Shown piece after piece: positions 25,556-36,763 of a DNA stretch of 64,000 nt (positions are counted from its first letter, which is position 1; each line of letters opens with the position of its first letter). Source of the stretch: Ramazzottius varieornatus (taxonomy: Eukaryota > Animalia > Tardigrada). A program made the translations under genes and the position numbers. The notes under the pieces are model-generated. The model saw only the letters and a list, made by a program, of their open reading frames with translations, ran no database searches and was not told the DNA's origin. The stretch is from NCBI GenBank assembly GCA_001949185.1, contig BDGG01000007.1, positions 1,136,730 through 1,200,729 of the forward strand. The letters are read 5' to 3'.

Positions 25556-27076
25556 ATGTTGAAAATGAGCTACGAGAACCCAACCGGACAGCAACCAGGA
25601 AGTGTCTCTCACATCGATTTCTATCCCCGTCGCAAACTCCCCGACTTGGTAGCCGTAGACTTCTGGGAACGGCACGAGAATCTGTTTGAGTTGCTTCAGC
25701 GTGCCAACGATTATCTTGTGCATCGGCCATCGCTTACACCCATCTTTGCCGAAACCGTAGACGTTTGCATGACAAAGGACTGCCACGATGTGAACAATGA
25801 AAGTCCTTCTTTTCATGCTCGTGGCGAACGACCTCGCTATTATGCTCAAGGAATACGCCTTTGGATGTCGGATAACAACCTAGCTCGCTCCGAAGAAGAA
25901 CCTACCCAGCTGGGGATACTGAATATTACTCCTTTGTGTACATTCGAAGACCCCGAACATTTGACTGGGTTACAGAGCGAGCCTGTAAACGTTCTGCTGG
26001 AACATCTCAACGAACTACCTCAGCAAGATGAGGCATTTTCGTTGGAGAGAATCATCAATGTGCAGTCGCTCAACCTGGAGTTTTCCTGCAAGTGTCGGCT
26101 ACAGCCGGAGCGAACCGTGTGGAAGGACCGCGAGAACGCAAGGCAGACTTTCGTGACGATGCTCAGAGTATTTTACTTGACGGTAAGCACATTGCCGAAA
26201 CACACAAATTCGGTGACGGTCTTGCACGCCTGACAATCCTGCTCTCTACAGGGCCGTCGCCAATTTCGAAACGGACATCAGAAACTTGTGATTCAAGATT
26301 TCCTGCCCCGCGTTCTTTGTCCAGAACTTCAGGGTTCAAAGCCGCAACGACCAGTATTGGAGTCTTTCTCCATGGTATTCAACGGAGCGAGAGAATTTGA
26401 GCGAGCCTCACATGATAATTTACATCAAATCGTTAGCATTCAGACGATGAAGTTTCGACAAGAATGCTTGGAGATTATCGACACAGAAAAAACAAACTTC
26501 ACGGAGGACAACATGCGCATGTATTACATCAAATATTTACGTGTGGTTTTCAGAGTTGATTTCTCGGCACGAAGTATCATGGAAGTGCCAGTTCCTTTCT
26601 ACAGTCAGCCATTGAGACTAAACTACAAAATCTTCATTCCGCGTTTGAAGAAGGATCCGACGTTATGGAAAGACGCTGAGTTTGAGTCGACCAGTGACTT
26701 TGAGAAACGATTGACAAATTGGTTGGCTGGTAATGCCCACTTGCGGATAATCAGCAGCGAGAGCGTGACAATGCGCGTGTTCAGCGGGGCAGAAGCACTG
26801 GAAGGACTGGATACAATGCACACATGGAACCGCGTTATCCATCATTCGACTGCGGCGCATACTCATCACCATAACTTCCTTCATGGCCGAACCCATCATC
26901 GGCATGGCGTACGTTATCGAGAAGCCAGCGTGGCCCGCGAGACCTTCGTGATGGTTTTAAAAATTTATTATGATGGCGTGGAAGCTGTGGAATCCACTCA
27001 GGATCGGCAAAGCGAAGACGCACTAACAGATTTTATGGCTGCTCGACAAGCAGGCACTTCATGCTGCGTCTCCTGA
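25556..27076 (+). CDS. Uncharacterised four-repeat protein with C-terminal CCVS CaaX motif (intron 26183-26251; 5' exons uncertain)
   Basis: Two long ORFs join in frame through a GTAAG..CTACAG intron. Four repeats of D/I-F-x-P-R ... (Y/F)xxxLR(V/L)(W/F/Y). Confidence 0.8.
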
Positions 27077-27096
27077 TGCCGTGATCGTCTTGGCCA

Positions 27097-29361
27097 TTAA
27101 ACACTTACTGAAGAGACACTTTGCTGATCGAGTTCCAGGCCGACTCGGAGGTCGCTGGTGACAAATCGAAGATCGTAGTGTGGCGGATCGATCAGCAAGT
27201 TTGAATAGTCGCCGAGTGTAACCGTATACTTGCTCATTAAAGCTGCTATAAAATCCATCATGGTGCGCATGGCAATGGATCCGCCTGGGCAAGATCGACT
27301 CCCTGTAAAAACGACAACCCGCTGTTAGTCAATGAAACGGTTTCCCTTCGAATGCCAGTATTTTTTTGGTGTTCGATCATCTGCCATCCTTCTACCAAGA
27401 TCTCAGAACTTTGTCTTCCGCGGTTTTCTACGTTACAATAGATTAGGTCATCGACTTTGTTTTACTGGTTTTCGGACCTTGAGGTAGTGAGTACTCACAG
27501 CTTATACTCAACATCGACAGATGGTGCTTTCGTACGTTGTCTTTGTAAAGTTTGGAGCAAATCTAAGTAAACAGATTTACCCATTGAGAATGGAAGGAGG
27601 CTGGGCGGTATTGTCAGTCTTCCATCCATGTCGAAATAGCGTTCGGGTAAAAAGACTTCCGGGTACGCCCATGCAGCATTATCGTGGTGGATCGCATGCA
27701 GATTGGCAATCAATAAAGTACTCTTGCTTATTCTGTAAGAGCCGACTTTGAATTCCCGAGCGACTCTCCGGCACGCCCCAACTGTTCGACCCGACGTCTG
27801 TCTCAAGATTTCACAACAGACGGCAGCCAAGTACGGCACGCTGTCTGAAGATACACCGGAGAAATCTGCCATAACCATTTCCAATACTGTCTCAATTGCT
27901 ATAAATTGAGGGAATTACCGTATGATAGCAACGAAGAATTGTCTGTTCTGCTGCGTCTCAGATGGTCCAATGCCAGCTGAATTTTGAGCTGACAAACTTG
28001 GTGTTTGGCTAGTAGGTACAATCCTTCGTACAACGTATGAACAAGTGGCACCACACTTCCCGCCAGTAGTTCGATCGTCCATGTCACAACTTCCTCATCT
28101 GAAAGTCAGAAAGAAATAGTAGTAACTACCTATGTATATTGACAAGTGATGTTGTCTTGGTGTCAGAATTTTGTTGACAGTGCAAATTGAATACTGTTGT
28201 TGAATGATTTATATGCACGCCTTTCTTGTTGGAACATCACGGCGCAAATGACTCTTGGGTTCTCACCTGTGAAAATCAGCTTGTCTATTGCTTTGCCGCT
28301 GAAGCTTCTAATTTGCGCCATGTGACTGAGGCAACAGCCGACAAAACTGTCGCTTGAGGCCTTCTCGTTGTGTTTTTGCACTACGAGGTCGTCAGTCAAA
28401 TCCTTTCGCACAGCACGAGCATACTTCTCGACTTTGCTGCATTGTCTACTCCACGAGCTGGCCAACGGACAACTTCCGCCTTGAAGATCGTAGCTACCGG
28501 TGGCGGTTTCCATGCTGATGGCTCTGATTAACTTTGACAGGCGCTGCATCTTCTCGAAGTCTCGCACGTAGTTACTTCCGATCATGATCTTGACCATACT
28601 ATCAAGAACAGATTTGTGCAACGTCATGTGGAAGCTAGGCAATTGCTGCTTCGTCCGATTGTGCAGTATATGAATCAGCGACTGTGCACCTGCTTCAAGC
28701 GTTGCCGAAAACTGAGTTTCCTGTTGTAATTGCAGCAACGCCGAGTTGACAAAATTCCTGGTGATTCTCCACGGCAGATACGATGCGTATGTCAATCCGA
28801 CTGCATGTCCATGTTTGATGTTGGAAACTGGTGCCGGGTTGTTCGTTCTTCCTTGTAAGGGCGTTGAATGTGGATGAGGAAATCGGTCAAGTAAACAATA
28901 GTCGTTGTCACGAAAGGCAACCATCACCGATGACAGGTCGTTAAGAACCACGGTAAATTGATTCCTAACGAACAAGTGAAATATCGCCCCGTACCTGGCC
29001 TTGATTCCCGACAGAAGCTTGGTCGTTACGCGTGAGCCCCACCACAAGCCTAATATAAAATGATCAAACCAAATATTATTGATAATAAACCAACGAATCC
29101 AACTTGTTCACACTAGAATTTTTTCTATTGAAACTAAAATCTATACTTACCTAAAGGACCCGGTGGAGCGTGCCGTAACTGCCGGCATCGAAGAACCAGG
29201 AAGTACAAGAGCATTCCCACGCTGAATGACACCCCACAGATGCCCGCAATGACATAAACAGCAGAAAAATCGGTCTGCCTGCCATCGTCCGAATTCTTCC
29301 ATGGATGTCTTATCCAAACCATCCTGGATGTGACGAATTTCGAAGGGGAGGTCAGATTCAT
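27097..29361 (-). CDS. Cytochrome P450, divergent, clan-2-like; multi-exon
   Basis: TM anchor, PPGP hinge, EILR (ExxR), FLPERY (PERF) and spliced heme motif FSMG/SRSCPG. Stop at 27097. Confidence 0.88.
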
Positions 29362-29651
29362 GTTACTGTAAACTTATTCGATGTGCGGTGTTTTTCTTCG
29401 GTCACAAAGAATCTTCTCCATCGAGCTCGTTCAGAAATATAAACACCAGACTGAACAGTTATCAAACTGTGCAAAGTTTTGATGTAAGCGTCACCCCGAA
29501 CATGACTGCTTATGATCACATGGCTTCGAGATCTCTTTTTCACCGCTGTAGCCTGCGGTCAATAAAATATGTGCAGACGAAAATCTGTCTAGTCGTTTGA
29601 TGTGCATGGTTTAATTACTGCGTCACCTCAGTCGCACAAGTTTCTGCAATA

Positions 29652-29907
29652 CAGTCCACTCGCTGGAAATCTGGACAAAATTTTCCGATTTCAAAACATG
29701 GAAATCATGAAAGTTAACAACATTGCTCCCCAAGCCCACCACAGCCGAATATCTGCGACTTGATTACTTGATTACGTCCGTTAAAGCATTGTGTAACGTA
29801 TGTGTTGTGTAATCTTGGCCTGTAGCCTAGTACGCTGTGCGGTGAATGTTTAGCAGGCCTCAAATTAAGAACGAAAACGTTTGTCCACATTTCGAGCGAG
29901 TGGAATG
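29652..29907. mobile_element. MITE (Tc1/mariner/pogo-type)
   Basis: 28 bp TIR CAGTCCACTCGCTGGAAATCTGGACAAA mirrored at the right end; TA flanks. Confidence 0.8.
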
Positions 29908-29947
29908 TATCTTATTAATACTTGGCAAAGTGCAGTCCAAAGGCTTA

Positions 29948-32299
29948 CGAGGGGATTATGCCTGTCCTCCGCCTTCCCGAAATATTCTGGTATGATAGAA
30001 TGGTAGAGAAGAGTCTGATCCATCATCTGAAACTGGCGCAGACTGCCGAATGAAATCCTGGAAGCCTATACAGGAACCGGAAGTGACGTCAAAATCTGGG
30101 CGGTACATAGTTAGTCAATCAAGCGGTTTGATTCCCACGTTGTTGATTCGTTACTGATTGACAGAGCTACATCGTGCTTCAGTATGCAACCTCATAAGAA
30201 TTTCTTTCTTCTCTTCTTGTCCTTCCGATAGCCCCATGGATTCAGTTAATCCCCTCAGCATCTTCAAACTACTGCAGTCGGACTACGAGCAACATTTCCA
30301 ACTTAGCGACTCGCCGAGCGAATTTGACAGGATGTTAAAGACAATCATCAAGGGTAAGGTAGACTTTCACCCTTACATCGCTATTTGTAAGCATGTCTCA
30401 GGCTTGACCTTGTGCTTCCAGATTTCTTAGACGTCCAGATCGACCTAGCGGGAAGTCCGATATCGGCCATCGAAGAAGATCTCGCGTACGAGCTACTCGT
30501 TGGCGTGCTAACGTTCGATGAGCTGGAAAAGTCAATGGCTGAAACCAACCTACTCCACGGACAGAGCGAAGCAGACTTCGAATCCATTCCGAATGATCGC
30601 CTTACCGAACCTGCTTCAGGTGGAACAGAACCATCTTCTCATGAGCTGTTTATACCCCGAATCCCGGATCCCGAATCACAAAGTGACATCAACCCAGGCA
30701 GCTGATTTAGCCTACAAGAAACGTGCTGTCGCTTACTGCATTAATGTCTCTTCCAAGCAACGTCGTAGCCTTTCCAGTGTGCAAAAGCTGTTCAGAAAAG
30801 TCACCAGTACGCGCCAGCTGAGAGAATGGGGACGTCACGTTGAAGAAGGAGGCTCGCGGATCGATAAGCTGAAGGCGATGCGACTGGAAACAGGAGAGAA
30901 GTTTTTCCTGGCCAAGCAAAAGCCTAATGTAGTGAAGGATTTGGATATCCAGCAATGGGCAGTTACAGCGAACCGTAAGATTTGTCTTTCCGGTTTCACA
31001 GGTTCTCCCCATTGAATCGGAAAATTCAAAAAGTAAGATTCATGTCAGACCTTGACCATTTACAGACCAATTCAGGTGTTCGTCGTTCCTAACCTTGTCG
31101 CTCGTTTATAGGTACTACAACATTTGTGACAGGAAGATTACAAAGTTCGTCACCGAAAAGCATCTCAAGGCAGAGCCGGATAGGAAGAAGCGCGCCGAAG
31201 AGTGCGGTGCTATGGTCAGAGAAAGAATCCTGGCGTACGGGGAAGACTGTCTGTGGAATGCTGACCAAAGTGGGTTCGAGTACGAAATGAGGCCAGGTCG
31301 AACTCTGGATTTCGTCGGTGCAAAGCACGTTCTGGCACTTACACAGTCTCAGAACTCGATGACTCACAGCTACACGGTGATGATGTGCGTCTCCCCAGGT
31401 GTTCGCAAGTTTCTGCCCGTTCTCTTCATCACGCTGCAAGAACCCAAAGGAGTCTTCGGACCGCTTGTAAAAAAGTCCATGTTCAAAGCTGGTAACCTGT
31501 ATGTCACTGCTTCCACGTCTGGCAAGATGACCAAGCAGCTATACATCGAATGGTGCGTGAAGGCTTTCTTCCCGCAGATGAATCAGCACTGTATATTCCT
31601 TGCTGATTCATGGCCGATGTTTGCTGACCAAGGAGCCGTGGATGAAGTCAAACCGGAGGAACTGGAATAAGAAATGATCACTATACCACCTAGAGTCACG
31701 GGCCAGATTCAGCCACTGGACGTTCTTTGCTTCCGGATGTACAAGGGGTATTTCAGGAAGGTTTCGAACTGGATATTCTTGAACAATCAGCCGGTTCAAG
31801 TGCACCATCGGGACGTCATATTGAAAATTCATTCCCTGATTTAGCAGCAGTTTACTTCCCCCAGATTTGCTAATCTCATTGCTCAAGCTTGGCATTTGTC
31901 AGGGTGTGTTGACAGGTCCGTAGAATATGTTAATCCAACGGAATTCTGTTTCCAAGGACTGATTGGTCGTTGTGACTATGATAACTGTGAACGTTCCTTG
32001 CTTCTGAAATGTGGATGGTGTAAAGCTCCTTTATGTTTTCATCACTTTTACGAGGAATATCACCTCTGTAAGATTCACCTTCCCTGATAAGCTGAAGATG
32101 AGTTTGAATAGTAAGTAAGCCCGATAAAATCAATAGGTGCGTACCGCCCAGATTTTGACGTCACTTCCGGTTCCTGTATAGGCTTCCAGGATTTTATCCG
32201 GCAGGTCACGCCTGTTTCAAATGATAGAGCAGACTCTTCTCTACCGTTCTATCATACCAGAACATTTCGGGAAGGCGGAGGACAAGCATAATCCCCTCG
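29948..32299 (+). mobile_element. Tc4/Tc5-family DNA transposon with inactivated, intron-containing transposase
   Basis: ~160 bp TIRs (CGAGGGGATTATGC...) and TTA target duplication. DDE-region motifs NADQSGF, LADSW, QPLDV. C-terminal C..C..CGWC..CFHHF..H.C as in Tc5. Stops at 31013, 31668, 31841. Confidence 0.9.
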
Positions 32300-32582
32300 T
32301 TAATCAGTTATTTTTCATGTGCGTTCGATGTCGCATGAAGGCTTTCGAGTTTGGCACCTGCTGCAAGCTTTTGTCAGTCTGCGCGTACCGTTATCTGTCA
32401 CGAACTGATCTCTTGCGAGTAAAAGGCTTTTATGACCTTTGGAATATAACACTCGTCGCGGAAAATTATGATACTAAACGCCGGATTGCTCTCGTGTAGT
32501 AGATTCTGAAGTTGGTGAAGAGAAAAAGCGTCCACCAAAGATTGTTCTGCTCCAAAGTGTCATGGAATTTGTTGTATTGTCG

Positions 32583-35394
32583 TTATGGCATCTGAGAAAA
32601 ATTCCCGAAATGGTGGCGGATGAACTCTTTCAGTTCGTTTGTCTCATACCGGACGGTGTTGACTTTTGCCAGTTCTTGGGCCGCCTCCTTACTATCGCTG
32701 GCTTGATACACCACAACACCATATGCAACCAGCGCACCGAACACCTGCAATCGGAATAACAACAACAAACACGGCTGACCATGGGATCACGCCAGTCCAC
32801 CGTCTCTGATCCACAAACCAAGATGATAAAAGTAGATAGAGAGAAACTTTTTTCCATAGTCTGAGCTTAGGCACTTAGTCGTGTTTCCGTCCCTGGAGTA
32901 AACTACAGGAAGCGAAAGTCACGCCGGAATCACTTATCTGATAATGACCTGATGCCATATTGAAGAAACGGAATATAACTAGGCATATCTGGCTTGGACT
33001 ATATGGAAGAAAGTCTCTTCTATCTACCTGTCATGTGGCTCTGTGGTTCAGAGGCGCCTGATTGGCGTTATTCCTGTATGAGAGAACCTAAACGTCGTTG
33101 AACAAATATCGGTACAGCCAGCACTGCCACGACCTGACAGCCTCTGTGGAAACTAAACTGGCACCCCTTTGTACTGCCCATCATGTGACCAACAGCTTGT
33201 GTTCGGCTAGGTGAATTTAGTAGGCGGATTTTGCTTTGCCTCCGTTACGGCTAAATGGGTGCACAGGCTAACGCATCGGTCTAAGCAGTGATGTCCTGCC
33301 GATCATTGCCGTTCCCCAGCTGTTTTCCGCAAAGGCTACTGGGCAGCGGCAGGGCTGGGTTTGGCACAGTAAAGACAAGTAGTGAGCAGATCATTCCGGT
33401 AGAAAAGCTCATGCCGCACGAGCTACCTGGGTGCAGCGTCACCTGCCTGTACCCACGGGAGATTCCGCTAGATTAGCATTGTTTGTCCCGGGGGACATTG
33501 GTAGGGTGAAGTTCGTCACCTGCATAGAGGCTTCTGAGGGATCAGTGATCTGAGTGGTTATCTGTTGCTTTGGAACCTTCGCTAACCTTCGAGCCCTCAT
33601 AGCTGAACGAAGGCATGACCTGCAAGCGCTATTCTTCCGCGCACAAAAGGGCTCTTACCCCTGCAACGTATTCCATGTTGATAAGGGCAAAGCCGCCGGC
33701 TGATATCGTTCCCGTTGACGGATCAATCTTTGACAGCATGTAAGAACAGGAAGTCCGCACGTTCTCGGCATTGACTTCTATTTCGACTTTCTGCAGTAGA
33801 CGGATAATCTTGACCACCTGAGAATATATTCGTCTTAGAATCATTAACCAGTTCAAATAAAGGTATAATCGTAATCTACGTCACCCTCTCAGATTTCACC
33901 CCTTGATAGCTCAGTCGACAGATCTCGACTAGCTGAGTCGAATGGTCGCATTCGTTTTCCGGTAAAACGCACTTTGGAGTCAGGGGGAAGAAATTAGTTT
34001 CGCCGGAAGACACGTTTCCGTTGCAGCGGTGGGCCCTTCCCGAAGTTGTAATGATGGGAGTGGGGGTTGGGGGTGGGGAAGGGTGTACGAGCGTCTAGGT
34101 AAGGGAGGGGGTTGGAGATGGCCGCGTCAGGATCGGTCTGGGCACGAGCGAAGCAAGGCCTAGACCCATCCTAAGCTCTAATCACAGGCATTTTTCTTCG
34201 TGTCTGCGATCCTCCCAGAATGCATTTTCCCAAAACCGGATACGCCCATTCGTTCAGTTCGTCGAGTTCTGTCGAATGAGCTATCGTGGGGCGAAATCTG
34301 AGGGGGCGACGTAGATTACGATATTACCCACATAAAAGCTAATAAATAAATCCCAAAGGTCATCTTACAGCTTTCGAACAATACAAACAGACGCTGATGC
34401 GTATGACGGAATGTGTCAACGTTATAGTGAGGAAAATGTAGTCCCAGCGGTCACTTCGTGCCTGAATGACACTCCGAGCATCGTACTGCTCTGAAGTTTC
34501 ATCCATTAGTTTTCCATTATACCGCAACAGGAGCGCAATAAAACTAATTACAGCAACCAAGTCTCTGACGCACTGTAGGAGAACCAACAAACCGAACGCT
34601 TCGTTAAAGTCAGCAGTCAAGTTCCTCAGCTTTTGGAGACGAGCGGTTGCTTTCTGTATGACCACCGATAGTTCCGTGTCGGGCAGCATGGCGCAGTACG
34701 CTTCTTCAACCGTACGGCGCACTTTGTCAAATCCAGAAGCCAGGACCACGATGAAAGTGACACCGCTCATTTGCGAAGCTAAATCCACATTCACACAGAG
34801 CGGCGTGGTCAGCAGCGCAAAAGCCATGCCGGTATACCCCGATTGATTTTGATAACCGATGACCACGCTGTGAAAAAATCCCAGTCTTGTCCACTGATGT
34901 TGTACTACTGCTGCAATGGTGATACCCAGAATAGCCGATATGTAGATAAACAGAAACATACTACAGTACTTTCGAATTCGGGCTATCTCCGGTCGACTGA
35001 ATACCAAAGGCACTGTCTCGTTCAGTGACATTCTAAAGTCAGCAGCAGCACGACGAGAAACGATGAGGACAATGAAAATAAGTGGAACTTGCACTCCAAC
35101 AGCATTGTTATTAATAAGCCGGATCAGGACGAAGAAATCTAGTGTGACGATGTCTTTCCAGTAGAAGCCAAAATAGTCCATTTGGGTGAGCACGGCCAGT
35201 GTGGTGGTCACAAAAGCGACAATGTAACAGTAAACTTTTCCCGCCGGAGACATAACGAACTTCATAGACTGCAGCGGGGAAGTGTCTGCTTTTCGCCTAT
35301 GAGCCGTGTGCTCCGCTGGATAAATCAAGCCGGAAAGCCAGATGTATTGTAAGAACCAGCGAGGAACAACTGAGGTCGAAGAGGTTTCTAGCAT
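32583..35394 (-). CDS. Gustatory receptor-like 7-TM chemoreceptor, 448 aa (exons 35394-34369, 33817-33659, 32744-32583)
   Basis: Multi-TM exon 1, two phase-0 C-terminal introns and TM7 motif AYGVVVYQ, matching the arthropod GR superfamily pattern. Spliced frame is open. Confidence 0.85.
32783..33077. mobile_element. Degenerate MITE in GR intron 2
   Basis: ~100 bp imperfect inverted arms (GATCACGCCAGT..GTAGATAGAGAGAAACT / AGTCTCTTCTATCTAC..ATTGGCGTTATTCC). Confidence 0.6.
33862..34328. mobile_element. MITE in GR intron 1
   Basis: ~90 bp imperfect TIRs ATCGTAATCTACGTCACCCTCTCAGATTTC... / ...GAAATCTGAGGGGGCGACGTAGATTACGAT. Confidence 0.75.
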
Positions 35395-35656
35395 CTTCAG
35401 AAGTGCGAAATGCGATCTTTGTGATCAGCTTAAGTTTGTGGAGTGTATCCACTAAACATCGCCTCAGATAACTGTGATCCAGCACGAAACTAGGAGATCG
35501 TAGTTTTCCTCTTTAGTGGATACTGAGAGCCCTATATACGAGATGCAGGATAGACCTACCTGATGCACTACACTACTCGTGCTACAATGATACCCCGAGT
35601 ATTCAAGAGTTCCAAAAGGTGCGAACCATATACGTATCTAGTCAGCGTGTACAGTA

Positions 35657-35834
35657 TACGCACGATGTAAAATTATGGGGCAGACGGAAAGGACGGCAAA
35701 ATAGACTTTCGACCGTAGAAAAGTGTCGAAAAGTGTATGACTGTGAACGGTCGCGCACTTACGTGCTTCCGTTCCGTCGTAGCGAAAAGATCTGTCCCAT
35801 AATTTTCACTCTCTATGATTTCCCATCGTGCGTG
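35657..35834. mobile_element. MITE (family shared with 56576-56748)
   Basis: Termini ACGCACGATG / CATCGTGCGTG with TA flanks. Core CCGTAGAAAAGTGTCGAAAAGTGT is shared with 56627. Confidence 0.7.
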
Positions 35835-36194
35835 TACAACATGAACAGATCTCCTTCATAAGCTCACACCCAGGGAGCAGAAAACGAAATGATGGATGCA
35901 AGGTGCTGCGTCTACTTTCCAAGCACATCAGACATGTGTTAATGTTTCCCCCGCGGGAGGTTTTGCTGAAACATTGCTGCTCTTCTAGGGTCTACCAATG
36001 TCACATGACAGTTTTACGAGACAACGAGGAAGCGCTAAACTTTCGTTGCGGATGTAGCGGGTGCCTCGTGTCATTCGAAACTCTGCACTGTAAATTACAG
36101 TAACAGCTGCCAACCTGAAGTAGTTCCTGGTAGTTTCTTATGGTAGATTTTGAAATGGAACTAGTGCCAAATTAAAACAGCAATGGAGTAGCTA

Positions 36195-36397
36195 CAGTGT
36201 AGGCAAATAAGGTACTCTAAAAGGGGGCAAGGCCAAAATCGACGTGACACAGAAAGCAAACAGCTGATCAAGCTGCAATCTAGAGACGTGAACTGCCGCT
36301 TGATCTGCTGATTACTTCGAGCCGGAGTTTCTACGTCACTTGTTGAAAACTCGATTTTGGCCCTCCCCCTTTTAGAGTACCTTATTTGCCTACACTG
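36195..36397. mobile_element. MITE, CAGTGTAGGCAAATA family
   Basis: ~47 bp TIR CAGTGTAGGCAAATAAGGTACTCTAAAAGGGGG; TA duplication. Confidence 0.88.
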
Positions 36398-36763
36398 TAT
36401 AAGCCCTTGTCCACCGACTGTCAGATACAAACACCGAATCAAGCGTCAGATTGTCCACCTTAATTTTGTCTTGAAGGCTTTCCTTGCGCCGGATAATACA
36501 TTCCCGAAAGCCAGTAATACGGCACAAACCCTTGAGGTAAGGGTGTGAACAAAGGAGCTTGGTCGTACCGAAATATCTCCAGAACCATTTCAACGGCGCT
36601 TTCAAGAGCTCAGAACCAATGTTCTACGCCGTGGCCGTCGAGGGTAATGGACCAGGACAAACGATTACCAGATGTTCTGCAAACACCGGCAGTAACAGTG
36701 GGTTCTGTATGACCACCGTACCTGAAGTACCGTACTTGAAGTACAGTGTAGGCAAATAGGCTA

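Noticed and set aside
32630-32857. Cys-rich small secreted-looking ORF (MEKSFSLST...CCCYSDCRC)
   Set aside because: It spans a MITE arm and the acceptor of GR exon 3 in another frame.
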